Source of the DNA: Tubiluchus corallicola
Taxonomy: Eukaryota > Animalia > Priapulida
Length of the DNA: 64,000 nucleotides
Reading direction: 5' to 3'
NCBI GenBank assembly: GCA_030141605.1
Contig: JAQGDQ010000596.1
Span: 68,627-132,626, forward strand
Shown here: positions 38,369-50,881 of the stretch, piece after piece
Layout: every line of letters begins with the position of its first letter
Position numbering within the stretch: position 1 is the stretch's first letter
Made by a program: the position numbers and the translations under genes
The notes under the pieces: model-generated
What the model was told of the DNA's origin: nothing
The model's database searches: none
The model's input: only the letters and a program-made list of their open reading frames with translations

Positions 38369-40118
38369 ATCACCAACACTGCCCCCTTTTTAAGCAAAGG
38401 ATATTATTGTTATTTTTATTATATCCTGACACTATCAATGAAATTATCAAAATACGCTAAGAGATGCTAATGCAGTCAAATCTCTTTATACAACCTACTC
38501 TGGAACTGCAAAAATTGGCGCTAAATAAGTTTGGCAAAAGAACGAGATGCATAAGTACATGTCTACTGTATATGCAATAATGCCATTTTGTTTTGTTAAA
38601 AATATTTCCCAAAGAGAAATTAACGTGTAGTTCCACCAATCTTGTGAACATGTTCATTGTCACAAAAAATAAATAAACAACGTATTTTTACCTTTTATCA
38701 CATCGTTTTTGTAATGTATTTGTAACACATTAGGTTTTGTCAATGCGCCTAATTATAAGTACTCAAATGACTTCAAAAATAATTATTTGAAATTACATAC
38801 ATTGAAAAACATCACAAAAAAAATCTTCAATTTAATGGCAATAACAAATGTTACATTATTTACTACAAGAGGGAACACAATCATAATAGTTTAATTGCCT
38901 ACATTTATGAACTGCAATTTACAAGTTATAATTGCATGTTTTGCAATTGACATTAATAATATACTTGACATTCTTGTAGAACAAACCAACTTGTGCAAAC
39001 GTCAAAATTACTTAATAACACGGAGCCCAACAGATGGCTGATTCGGAGCAATTTTTCTTCACCACATTCTGAACACTACTTTGAAAGTATCAGACATTAA
39101 TCCCACAATGTCGCCAACAAGAAATACAAATTACAAACATCATAATTTGGTTTTGTTCGTTAACAACCATACAACAGTGGCACGATCATGGTCAACAAAA
39201 ATTTACTAAGTAGAGACAAACACCAATCACTGAGCATATGAGAATGTACAATAAAAAGTAACAAAATGCAGAACAATAAGAGCTATCTTCGAGTGAAAAA
39301 GAGGAGAAAAGGACAAACATAAAAAATCACTGTTCTGTAATTAATTGGTGCCTGTATTACAAGATTAAAAAAATTGCACTGAAGTTTCTTTTGTATATTT
39401 TCCATCTTTTTCCCTTTGTTTATTGTATGAATTTTTATTTGCTTTCCCATTCTTGGCATTCAGAATTATTCCCGAGTACAACAAGGGATCCAAGATGGCA
39501 CATAAGAATTTTCAGACACTTGAGCATAACAAACTTATCTGTTACAAGCAAGTACTGCTGAGATTGCATATCCCAAAGATACACTATGATCTTATATAAA
39601 CAGAAATAGCAGATTCTCACTAGTATATGAAATCAACATTACAAGCTGATAGCTTTCAAATTTTTTAGAGTACAGAATTATAATACTGTTATTACAATAG
39701 CAATTTGTGATTATTTGGCGTCAACAACCCAGAATATATCACCTCTCCAAATAAATACACGTAACTCAAATGTATAATGCTCTCTACAGAATCCACTGTT
39801 TACATATTTACATAAATAAAATGATGGAAAACTTTTGAAGATCATCATTCATCAAAAAATGGAGCCACAGTTAAATAAACACATTGTATAAAGTACCAAA
39901 AAATAAACAACACAAATTACAGTTCATAATCAAGTAATTACAGAACATAATCAAAAACATTGCTATAAGCCAGCCATTACTTAAAACTAAAACGGAAAAT
40001 TTCATAACTAAAAATGTTCTGCTACAATTAGTGCATAAGACTGTTTTTAATAGGTAGGTATGCAACAATTTGAAACAGCAAGTCCCGACAGAAACCAGGA
40101 CACTGCAACAAGAAAGCT

Positions 40119-43100
40119 TTAATTTTCATCGTACAATGGCGTTGCATCGCCAGAAGGTGAACGACCAAAGAAATCTCTCCGCATTCCAGGACTTGGACGA
40201 GGAGAAGGGCGCACAGAAGGCTTCGGCGAGGGTCGAGGGGAAGGTCTCGGAGAGTATCGTGGAGAAGCACGAGGTGTTGTGCGCACATCTGGATCCTTTT
40301 GCTTTGCCCACTGTGCTGCAGCTCTGCCCCAGTCAACTGCAGCATTCACACCCGATGAAGGTTTTAAACGTTGTTGTCCTGGAGCAGCATGAGATGCCAC
40401 ACCAGGTCGTTGCCTTGGAGTCGCTGGAACAGCCCAGTTTGTCTGAGGGGTTGGTTGGTAACGAGGAGTAATAACATTGGGTGTCCGTGTAGCGGCATGG
40501 TAAGACGGAGTCATCATTGGAGTGGCTGCAGCAACGGGAGTAGCAAAAGGTTGTTGCTGAACACTATATCCACCCACCATAGGGGTATTACCAGCTACGG
40601 CTGCAAGGGTGTTATACATTTGTACCGGGAGAGAGTTAACAGCTCGCTGTATTGTGGAGACATCTAGACCACCTAGATTAGGAGTGCGGCCACCTACTGC
40701 TGGCGTACCAACAACTGGATCCCTGAAATGTTCCTTAAACCACTTAATTAAGGAATTCAGATGATGGAAGAGTTTGCCACGGTATCTGTAACCCTCTGGC
40801 GTTACCGACACATACTCATGATGAGCTTTCAACCTTGGCTGATACGAAAGCAAACACTTGCCAGGGTAGTCTTTGCTAAGACTTAAGTAATAGGGAATAG
40901 ACGAAGGAGCTTTCGACTTTTTCTCTTTCAGCAGCAAATCTAGGATTTCTTTCTTACCTCCTTCAGCCGGTACATAGTACTTGTAATTTATTATATCGCG
41001 ACAAAAGGCAGCCATGGGTTGAATATGTCTAGCAATTATTTCATCCAAGTCTTCAAACTCTTCATTATTTATAATCAAACTTTGACCTAAGCTAAAAGCA
41101 TTCTCCTTTCCCTCTTCCCTTACATCTATGTGTTGATATATGCCATCGTCAACTTTCCAAGTTACAGTAAGATGGTTGGAGCCCTTGCTGCTAGGCCTAA
41201 TTATAACATCTCCTTGATCCATTGTTCCCATTAACTTCTCAGCCTCCTTGTAGCTGATATTGTGGAATGACGGATGAACAATCACTCTTTTCACGTACGT
41301 TTGTCTCTGCTGTCTTTTTCTTACCTCCTCTTCTTTTGCAATATCTGTCTCTTCTGTATCTGTGTCATAAAAGATATCTTTTGACGGCTTAAACTGGTTA
41401 GTGGAATCAAGCAAGTCGGAAGAACGTGACGTTAGCTCGACAGTAAATCTTTCAATGTCTATTTTAGTGATGCGAGCATGCATTGTCATTCCCATTTGAA
41501 CTCTGTCTTCCGGTTTTTCCACATGATTGTCGCTAAGAGATCGAATGGGAATAAAACCCATAACTCCGTTATCAAGCCTCGTTCGCACCCCAGTTGCAGT
41601 ACCCGGACAACTTTCGGAGTCAAAATGTGTCCAAACCAAACTGAGATCAAAAAAATCACTTCTTAGACAGAAAGGACATTGCCACTGGCCATCTTCATTT
41701 TTCTTAGGATTTGCATTGTCCAACAGATCACCCTGGGGCCGTTTCCTAGTGATTCCAATCACTCTACACAAAACTAATTTACCAATAAAGAATGTTTTTG
41801 GCGTTTCCTTTGTGAGCATATTGAACTGCTCTTCAGCAGTAGGTGGCCTGTAAGGTGCTCGCAAATCCTTATACCTGTGATTCAGCTCAGCGCGAATATC
41901 ATACAATGTGATGGCTTTATTACCATAGCCCTGTCTTTCCAGTTCCTCAGCAAATGCATCTAAATCAAGATCCTTCAACCTATCTGGGCTTTCAAGAATT
42001 TCTTCTAAAGCAGCAGCAGGATTGGCATCTTCAACGGTATCATCATATTCCAATGCATCAACTGCCATTTTCCTAGCCCACTCGTATGTCTCAGGATGTA
42101 CTCTGCTGCCATCTAGCACTTCAACGTATGCCTCTGTACTGTCACCAAGCGAATTTGTGTCAATCTTAATAAAACCTGAAGTGTTGATGAAAAGCTTTGG
42201 ACCCATGTGGCACACAGTTACAAGTTGCGTCCTATTTTCCAATCGGCCATTATTTTGTTTGAGAGTTTTAATCAAACCAGCTGCTTTTCGAGGACCAAGG
42301 CCACAAACAAACTGAAGCAAATTCGTTGTGTGAGAATGTGCCAAGCATCTGTTAATATCTACACCAACTTCATTCGTCCTATTAATAAATTCCAGCTGAA
42401 GTGCGTTCAGTAAATCCTCTTTATTTATGTGATCTTGTAAAGGATGGTATCGCAAGAATAAGATTTCTTCTTCAGGTGTACATAATTGAGAAAATTCTAT
42501 GAGTGGATCTTGAATTCTTCTTGCAAGTGAAATGGCTTCCCGAAGCAACGGCGGATAATCTCGGAATGAGGCTTCAGCTTGTTTCGTAGTAGAATAAACC
42601 TGTGACAGTTCACAGTCAACTAGTTCGACAGGTATGGGGACAATCTCATTCTCGGCCTCCAATTCATTTACAATAGTTTTGACATCTTTCACGATCATCT
42701 GCGCATCTCGATTAGCGCCACCAACAACAATCACGTGAGGTTTTTTATTGACAATAAATTTTTTCAACGTACCTAAATCACCTTCTTTGTTGTTACGCTG
42801 CTCTTCTTTGAACGCATTGCGCCGAACAAGTAAGTGGCAGCTTCGAAGAAAATCTTGCATTATGCCATCGCCATCAACAAAGGCGGCAAACACAGCCGAA
42901 TCCGTATCAGGAGTAAAGGCTATTGCTATTACCCGTAATCCATGCGAAGGATCATAATCGTCATCATCGTAATCTTGCAGTTGTTGTTCAGCTTGATAGG
43001 GCGCTATTTTTAGCCAGTTATACAGCTTTCGACTAGCAGCCTTAACAATTCCATCCTTCGCCTCCTGCAGCAACTTACGCCTGAGTTCTTTTTCAAAGAA

Positions 43101-45215
43101 TGAATACAACACGACAAGCGCCTGTTCTAGGGTTTCCCCTCGCAGTTTGTTCCATTCCTGCACATTGTGACTAAATTCATCTCTGTAGTAAAGCTGCTTT
43201 ATTTCTTCGTAGTAGGTCATGCTGCCATCTAACTGGTCGAAATCTATGCCCATTGACATTTTTATCAAATGTTCTTCTTCAGCCAGAGTGAGCTTCAAAA
43301 AATCATCTCCTTTCAGATCTTTAACAGGCTTATTTTTTAGATACTTCATGGAGTATAAATAATGATTCTCGTCTATTTCTTTCTTTCCTTTCTTTGTGGG
43401 TTTTACGTTCAGTTTAGCTCTCTCGTAGTACGTCGAACGCACACACTGCCTCACTAACGGGTCCCTGGCAATCTGCATCGCAACCATGTGTTGAGCACCT
43501 TTAATGACGTGTGTGGAAGTAGGAAATGTGTTACAAATGTACTCATGTGATACTTCAAATGGTTCGGTTGGATACTGTTCGACCTCGTGCCGTTGGTAAT
43601 TGTCACGGAGATTTTCCCCAAACTGTTCCGGAGTCAAGCCAAACTTCCTAGCTAAACTATCGAGACCCGCTTGCACACATATCGTGTAACCATCTTTTCT
43701 AAAAGCCTGTTTTACCTTTTCTGACTTAACGCCACCGTTCTCTTCTTCGTCGTTCGACGCTTTACTATTGTGCATTTTGGCAACATCGCGTCCATAATAA
43801 AGAAGGAAATGTCCATACACATCTTGCAGTTCTTCAATAGTCTCAACAGAAGATATGCGTTCAATGTCTTGTTCTGTAAGTGCACGAAAGCTTTCAGATA
43901 ATGGCTCATCTGGATTAGCTGTAATAATCTCATACTGATACTTTTGTAACTTTTCGAATAAATTTACTAAATTCTTTTTTCGGCGTCGAAGCTGAGACCA
44001 TTTCTGATCCCAGTGATAGACTTTCCATAAATCGTTTATGTTAAGGTCGGGTTCTACATATTCTTTTCTGTAAAAAGCAATAAACGGAACTTCGAACTGC
44101 TGGTTTCGCATAAAATTCAAGGCTTCCCGGATCTTTCCAATCGCGGTCGGGCCCTTGGTTGTGTGATCCGGGTCACTTCCCTCTGCCATCTCTTGTTTGC
44201 TTTGTATAGAAACGGTAGGGGTACAAAACGCATGCTTGAAAATCCAATCTGCTTCGTCCTCTAACTCACCTTCTTCTGTTGGTCTAACTGGAATTGTTCG
44301 CAATTGAAATCTCTCGGGAATATCAGTTGTTCTGATATCATTATCTAGTTCAGTAAAGTGTCCTCGTTCTAACTCGCTGGGTTCATATACATCAAATATC
44401 GACTTCTTCACACGTTTTTTCTGCACTTTTTTCTTTGGCCTTGCAATTTCTTCATCACCTTCCTCTTCTTCCTCATAATCCATATCTTCTTCTTCCTCTT
44501 CGTAGTCATCGCCGTACTGTTCAAACTCTGAAAAATCAAAGTCTCCGCCAAAGATATCTTGTGCCTCTTGCAAAGCAGAATCTCGATGCCTTACTCGCGA
44601 ACGTTTTGGACCTTTGGCAGAGATTGGCTGACCTTCGTCGTCGACTATAAAATCGTCAACATCAGATTCTTCTTCTTCTTCGTCTCCTACGTCTTCCATT
44701 TCCATTTCTGGGCGGGCAACCTCTTTTGGATCTTCCTCATCACCCGATCCCTCGAAAAGCTCATTTGCAATCGCGTCACGATCATCGCCAACAGCTCCAG
44801 CATCTGCATCACTATCTTCATCGTCAGAGATTTTTAGCCTTCGAAATTTTTTCCTCTTCACCTTTACCCCCAAGTTTTCCTCTATGAGGTCATAATCTTC
44901 ATCCTCCAATCTGTCATCATCGTCATCATCATCCTCTTCCTCGTTGTGTTTACGCTTTTTGGCACTGCCCTCTTCATCAGAATGACTGCTTTCCTCTTCT
45001 TCATCATCATTTATCAGGTCTTTCATTTCTTCACGTATTACATCTTCGTCATCCTCTTCCTCATCCTCCTCGTCACTACTATCAACAACAGCTTTCTTCT
45101 TTGCACTTTTACTTTTTTCCTTCCGCAAAGAACTGCTTCCCTCCGCATCGGATCCTAGATCAGAATTTTCTTCGGCATCTGACACTTCTGCTTCTTCCTC
45201 GAGGAAATCAGACAT
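40119..45215 (-). CDS. SUPT6H: Transcription elongation factor and histone chaperone SPT6, 1698 aa; intronless CDS
   Basis: Acidic N-terminus (DALQEAQDIFG-like SALQEAQDIFG, KSIFDVYEPSEL), FEVPFIAFYRKEY, YqgF and HhH core (GLGPRKA), LDGSRVHPETYEWARKMAVDAL, S1 domain, tandem SH2 (GDVIIRPSSKG), and C-terminal DATPLYDE. Confidence 0.98.
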   Translation of the reverse strand: MSDFLEEEAEVSDAEENSDLGSDAEGSSSLRKEKSKSAKKKAVVDSSDEEDEEEDDEDVIREEMKDLINDDEEEESSHSDEEGSAKKRKHNEEEDDDDDDDRLEDEDYDLIEENLGVKVKRKKFRRLKISDDEDSDADAGAVGDDRDAIANELFEGSGDEEDPKEVARPEMEMEDVGDEEEEESDVDDFIVDDEGQPISAKGPKRSRVRHRDSALQEAQDIFGGDFDFSEFEQYGDDYEEEEEDMDYEEEEEGDEEIARPKKKVQKKRVKKSIFDVYEPSELERGHFTELDNDIRTTDIPERFQLRTIPVRPTEEGELEDEADWIFKHAFCTPTVSIQSKQEMAEGSDPDHTTKGPTAIGKIREALNFMRNQQFEVPFIAFYRKEYVEPDLNINDLWKVYHWDQKWSQLRRRKKNLVNLFEKLQKYQYEIITANPDEPLSESFRALTEQDIERISSVETIEELQDVYGHFLLYYGRDVAKMHNSKASNDEEENGGVKSEKVKQAFRKDGYTICVQAGLDSLARKFGLTPEQFGENLRDNYQRHEVEQYPTEPFEVSHEYICNTFPTSTHVIKGAQHMVAMQIARDPLVRQCVRSTYYERAKLNVKPTKKGKKEIDENHYLYSMKYLKNKPVKDLKGDDFLKLTLAEEEHLIKMSMGIDFDQLDGSMTYYEEIKQLYYRDEFSHNVQEWNKLRGETLEQALVVLYSFFEKELRRKLLQEAKDGIVKAASRKLYNWLKIAPYQAEQQLQDYDDDDYDPSHGLRVIAIAFTPDTDSAVFAAFVDGDGIMQDFLRSCHLLVRRNAFKEEQRNNKEGDLGTLKKFIVNKKPHVIVVGGANRDAQMIVKDVKTIVNELEAENEIVPIPVELVDCELSQVYSTTKQAEASFRDYPPLLREAISLARRIQDPLIEFSQLCTPEEEILFLRYHPLQDHINKEDLLNALQLEFINRTNEVGVDINRCLAHSHTTNLLQFVCGLGPRKAAGLIKTLKQNNGRLENRTQLVTVCHMGPKLFINTSGFIKIDTNSLGDSTEAYVEVLDGSRVHPETYEWARKMAVDALEYDDTVEDANPAAALEEILESPDRLKDLDLDAFAEELERQGYGNKAITLYDIRAELNHRYKDLRAPYRPPTAEEQFNMLTKETPKTFFIGKLVLCRVIGITRKRPQGDLLDNANPKKNEDGQWQCPFCLRSDFFDLSLVWTHFDSESCPGTATGVRTRLDNGVMGFIPIRSLSDNHVEKPEDRVQMGMTMHARITKIDIERFTVELTSRSSDLLDSTNQFKPSKDIFYDTDTEETDIAKEEEVRKRQQRQTYVKRVIVHPSFHNISYKEAEKLMGTMDQGDVIIRPSSKGSNHLTVTWKVDDGIYQHIDVREEGKENAFSLGQSLIINNEEFEDLDEIIARHIQPMAAFCRDIINYKYYVPAEGGKKEILDLLLKEKKSKAPSSIPYYLSLSKDYPGKCLLSYQPRLKAHHEYVSVTPEGYRYRGKLFHHLNSLIKWFKEHFRDPVVGTPAVGGRTPNLGGLDVSTIQRAVNSLPVQMYNTLAAVAGNTPMVGGYSVQQQPFATPVAAATPMMTPSYHAATRTPNVITPRYQPTPQTNWAVPATPRQRPGVASHAAPGQQRLKPSSGVNAAVDWGRAAAQWAKQKDPDVRTTPRASPRYSPRPSPRPSPKPSVRPSPRPSPGMRRDFFGRSPSGDATPLYDEN

Positions 45216-45582
45216 GTTTGAAGAGCAATAGTGTGATTTCTGTTTTGCAAACAGCAGGCACTTCAGTCACATCAAATGGTCACATCTTCTCAATATGACT
45301 GCCAACCTCCTGAAAACAACATGGACTTTAACATTGTGTAACAAACGGCTGAATACATTACGCTACAGGAGAATTATGGTAAAAGATGTTAACTCTTTTA
45401 AAGCACTTTTTACTACTATGAATAATCAGTAAGTCCACACCTCAAACAGTAACAGCTTTTTTATATAAAACATGTTTGGTTAAGAGAATTTTATGTTAGT
45501 AGCAACTATGGCAGCTTAGCAAATGAACAAAGTAATTACATGTTGACAAATGCAGAAAATATGACATGTGATAAATGAATGT

Positions 45583-45861
45583 TTATTTTCGCTGTATGTT
45601 CTACCTTGCTTATTTTCGCTGTATGTTCTACCTTGCTTATTGTCAATGTGTGTTCTACCTTGCCTATTGTCACTGTGTGTTCTACCTAGCTTATTTTCGC
45701 TGTACACATGTTCTACCTTGCCTATTGTCGCTGTACGTTCTATCTTGCTTACTGTCGCTGTACGTTCTACCTTGCTTACTGTCGCTGTACGTTCTACCTT
45801 GCTTATTGTCGCTGTACGTTCTACCTTGCTTATTGTCGCTGTACGTTCTACCTTGCTTATT
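45583..45861. repeat. 27-bp minisatellite, about 10 copies, upstream of SPT6
   Basis: gttctaccttgcttattgtcgctgtac units. Confidence 0.93.
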
Positions 45862-46141
45862 CTATTAAAAAATTTATATTGCAACTTATGCTGTACAATA
45901 AGTCAACCTTTTCGCTGTAATGATGATAAATAAACTTATAAATGTAAAGCATGACAAGAAACAACACTGACTTGCACAAATCAATTATGGGAATCAGCAC
46001 CAACAACTGGCTACTGCAATAATGATGTTCTTTTATTCTTAATTACTAATAGGTAATGCTAAATGAGTCACAAGTCGTAATGGTGGTTCTGGAAAAGAAC
46101 CTGTTAAACTCAAGCTTTTACATCAATTATCCTAATTTATA

Positions 46142-48129
46142 TGTGTGTTTGCTTGCAAACCAAAACCAACCATAAGACGGCATACTTAATGCCATGTTTC
46201 TTCAAAGTAGAATGCACCAAGTTTAGTCAAATGTCAATTTTTGCTTTTTATAAAAACAAATGAAATGCTAAATATATTGAACTTTTATATTCTAGCATCA
46301 AATTATCAAGAAAATGTTCAAAAAAATACTAAAAATCTAATTTTCTAACCCCATACCCTCTTTTCTGGCTAGAAACTAGTAATGCAATTATATAAAATTT
46401 GTATCTTTAAACTCTGATAGTAACTCGTGGTAGCAATCATTTTGCTTCCTTCAGCTTTTTCTGTTGCCGAGCCCAAATCTTCGTGGGGAAGAGTCATCTA
46501 CTGGATTTAAATGTGCTCTTGCAAAATCCGTACCTACCAACATTTGTGCGGTTGCTGCTAAGTATTTTGTAGAAATGCGAAAAAAACAATGGCTGACTTT
46601 AACAGCGATTTTCTCCAGGCAGTGATTAAAGGTACGGGTCCGTATCCACACTGCAGCAAGTGAAAAAACAGATCCGTGTCTAGAAACCATTCACTAGCAA
46701 ATACGGATCGCCATACCGCAAAAAATATTGACAAGAAACTACTACGGATTGCCATCAGAGATGGGCAGATGTCACTTTCTTGTTTATCCGCATCTGCAAA
46801 ATCCGCAACCGCAACAGTAAATATCCGCATCTGCAAAATACACGATTGAGTGAAATTGCATATCCTCGTATCCGCAATCCCGAAAAAATGAGGACAACAA
46901 ATTAACTAGGCTTGGTATGTGTCTCCTATTGTTGAAAACCGTTTCTTAATGTGACGCTAGGAGATATAATCGTGAATCAATAATAAATTGCTAGCCAGAC
47001 CCCAGTTTTGCTTGCAAACCTTCAACGACGACTCCCACCGCACGATGTATGTAGTACATCATTCAACTGTATCATGCTCTTCACACCATAATATATCTAT
47101 AGTATGCTATAATATACATATTAATTCTTTATTTGGCATGAAAATGCTCACTCATTACAATAAAAGTGAGTAAGCCTCAGTGTAAAATTTGAGCAATCCC
47201 ACCAAAATAGTCCGTCTGTTTTGAGACTAAAATTTCTTCTTTCATTAACTTTAACGTCTTATTCAACACATAATCAAAGTTGTGCCAATATTTTAACTAG
47301 ATTTTTGGCATTTTAAAAAATCCACTGCCATTCCACCGCACATGCATGAGATGCACAGCATAAATTTGGCAACAGGTGCATTTAACAATTTAGCAGCTCT
47401 TATAAATTGGACTTACTGTATATCACATAAAGATTAAAAAGTTTTGCTATGTTCAACAAGTCAATACATCACAACCCAAACTAAGGAAAAATACAGGCTA
47501 GTGGTCATATCACAACACTCTAAGAAATTCATAACACTTTAAGATTTAAACTCTTGCTAACTGACCTACTGCACATCAAAATATTAAAGTTTTTTGTAAC
47601 AATAAACAAAATAAATTAATATTTATTTAATTTAACTAACTATATTTACTATATTATCACGAAGTGTAAGTATAAGTGTAACTATTATATCACGAAGAAA
47701 AACGGTACAGGCTGTACAATGGCATACCACCATTTTCATGAAGTGGGAATGTACTTTTCAATGATGTGCGGGGCACATGGTCAAACGCCGTATGCTGTAA
47801 AAATGGTCAAAATCCGCATGTTTTGCAACTGTCACAAAAAACACGAATCCGTATTTGTTGCAAAAGTAGCTACGAATATGGATATGTATTCGGTATCGTA
47901 GAAAAGACGAGTACGGATCCGTACCTCTAAACACTGCCTTTTCTCAAGGTAACGTTTTTCAGTGCGTAGCTTGCACTTCAACTTCGACGTGGATTATCTC
48001 ATTTTAGAAATAACATGCAACGATAAGCTTGGTATCAAAATGATACTCATGAAATGGATATTCGGGTATGTGACTAACTAGAAAAGCTTAATTGCCAACT
48101 TATGGACGATTTTGCTTTACAAACACACA
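46142..48129. mobile_element. TIR element family 5, copy 2, split by a nested insertion
   Basis: 46142-46619 and about 47940-48129 align with the two halves of 29418-30053. Confidence 0.78.
46620..47936. mobile_element. hAT-like non-autonomous element nested in family 5
   Basis: TIR cagtgattaaaggtacgggtccgta / tacggatccgtacctctaaacactg; atccg/tacgga subterminal repeats; near-TSD tctccagg/tctcaagg, offset by 5 nt on the right. Confidence 0.75.
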
Positions 48130-48485
48130 ATCCCAATTCATAAAAAAGGCACGCAAGATTATTGTTCGTTGCATATACTTACAAGGTGAAACCAGCGTAA
48201 CCCCGAAGTGACACTGATTCTGAAATCTTTTCTTTATTTTTTATTATAATGATAACGACATAAAAATGTTTTGAAGTATTCAGTGCAATTCATTCACTAA
48301 ACTTAAAACGTAGAACGCAAGTCTAACCTGATTTTTACCACTGAAGTAAAAGTAACGAAGTTGAAAAGTGATCACAGCGCTTTGTATTGCCGGCCACGAA
48401 TCTTCATCGACACACTCATTGATATGTAGAGCTTCCTTAAAATTGTACCACAGCCGTTAAAATAACAGCAGCAACAAACTACTGA

Positions 48486-48663
<178 letters not shown>

Positions 48664-50346
48664 GGAGGGATCGAGGGACACAGAGGGCAAGAAAGAGCGA
48701 AAAATCTATACATTAAGCCCAAAATTCAAAATGAATGACCTCATACCTTTCACACACTTGCATGGCTCTATATCTGTATAATTTCATGTCAGTGGTACGT
48801 AACAATGCCTGTAGTACAATGTATAAGTTAACCTAATCATAAGCCCGCTAGGCCCCAGCTAAGTTTACCCATTTGGTCGCCTAAATTGGCTTCATCTCTT
48901 CATTTCTCCTTAGTAATTGAAGTGGGGATATAATTAGTTTTTTAGCGCATTTCTTTAATGTGTATTTTTATGATCTATTAGAAAAACTCAGTAAATTATT
49001 TGACTCTGCTAAAGTGCTAATAATGATGTTTATGCCGATGGCATTACCTTATTTGCAGGATCAATTTCTACTTTGCAAATACGTTAAAACTATTGCACTA
49101 ATTTTGCTAGATCCCATAATATTAATTTCAACCCTGCAAAAGTCCCTGGGACGTTTTCACATAAATAATCAAGTGCTTCCCTTGATCATCTCATGAGTGA
49201 TTTGTAGTTCAATTTATTTGTAGTTCATGAGTGACCTTACTCACATTATTTGTAGTGAGACAAATAACAACCGAAACAGTAGGAACCAGACTAGGTTACT
49301 TTGTACCCCTAAACTTGAAATGTATACAGAGTCTATTAAGATTAGGTTGTACAAATGTTACATCTCCATTTTTCATTGTTTAGCTCCGTGGTGCGATTTT
49401 AATATCAGTCAACAGATTATGTGTAATTTGTAATAATAAAATCATCCAAATTATATTCTTTTTAATCATGAATGTGGATGTAGCGCTACGCGGATGTGCT
49501 GTGGTACTCCTATTCTTCCCCTTGTGGGCGATTCACGAGAGAACTTGCTATAGCATGAGATATAGGATTTAGAGCTCCAGTAATAGTCTTTAAAAAATGT
49601 TGTTCGATCTGGCATATATTTTGTCAATCTAAACTGTTTTGTGTCGAATGGGTGTTTTCAGTGTGCATAACCCATGAGGAATTTGTTGTGCTTTTGCTGC
49701 TTTTTATTAGGATTTATTTGCCAAATACATAGTGTTTTTCCAATCATTTTATACAGTTTAGTTTTAAATCTTTGCCACAAGAAATGATATACGCGAACTC
49801 TGTAAAAGTATCTGATTGAAAACTAAAAAAAATTAAATTTAATGAACTATTGCAAATTTAGTCGCAACAAATACTTTTGAAGTGCCTGTAAGAGCTTTTT
49901 AACCTTGGTGGCCTTCCACTTTCAACAGTCTGTTAATAATTTACATATGTAGTTGTATATACAATTTTAGTTTTGTGCAGTTTTTTCTGTAATTGTATTT
50001 TTGTATTGAAGAAATAAATACAAATACATTCTTCTGTCGCTCTCTTACACAAAATGTTAAAAAAATTAAATTTATATTTATGATAATCTCAGTCTAATCT
50101 TAAGCAAAAGCTTCATTATTTTTGCAATAAAATGAATTAGTGCAATTACAGAGTCAGCTATACTGAGCTGCACGTAGCATAAACACCATCTAATCATTAT
50201 GTAGCCGACGCAGCTTTTGTAAAGGTTAGAACTGTAGAGCTTGCACTACCACAAATATTTGTATTCACTCTTTGTCACTTCAGTATTCACAATCTGCACC
50301 ATACAGTTTTACTCTTGTCTCTCATGCACGGAAGGCGGAGCAGAAG

Positions 50347-50881
50347 TGTTATGTAGTTACAACCTTTGCATGATTCAGGATAACGCTTCCGTTTTCTATA
50401 CTAAGAAACAGATGTGAATAGAATTTATTTCATTAAATGAAATCTTTTGTATTGCTTTCAATATACTTGAACAAGATTGGATGAGTTCAGGTACAAATGT
50501 GCGAGCATGACTGTATTAAATAAGGCACTATGCCTAGTCTGCCTTTCTAGTATATTACTGAGTGGAGCAGTATGTCCCAATTTTCACGGTTTGACTCCTA
50601 CTTCGACCCTTAAGTAATCCCGTCTTTTCAAGCTCCTCGTTATTCCAGCCCTCCGGGTGTCCGCACTGCAAGTTTTCAGGACTTTACAATTACGTACAAC
50701 TATTCAATGTTATGACTCGAACTGACCCATGTCTTGTGTTCTTGACCCTTCGATGGAGGTCACCATTAACCCGAGTCGCTACCCCATGCAGGTGTCTACG
50801 TTGATAGCTTGACACTAGGACCGCAGTGTTTATATTCTAGCAGTGCATTGTTGCTGCCACCTATTGATCAAAATGTTAACA
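50347..50881 (-). mobile_element. Probable solo LTR
   Basis: TGTTA...TAACA termini. On the minus strand a TATA-like aatataaa (about 50836-50829) precedes AATAAA (about 50429-50424), as in U3-R-U5 order. No TSD. Confidence 0.45.

Noticed and set aside
40028-45298. Short antisense and alternate-frame ORFs overlapping SPT6 (likewise within the ZF genes, GT32 and CCDC134)
   Set aside because: Shadow ORFs of the real coding strand with no recognisable motifs.
50560-50830. RNase MRP or RNase P-like RNA on minus (aaagtcctg ... cgggatt)
   Set aside because: The conserved regions and spacing do not fit; LTR-like termini and signal order explain it better.
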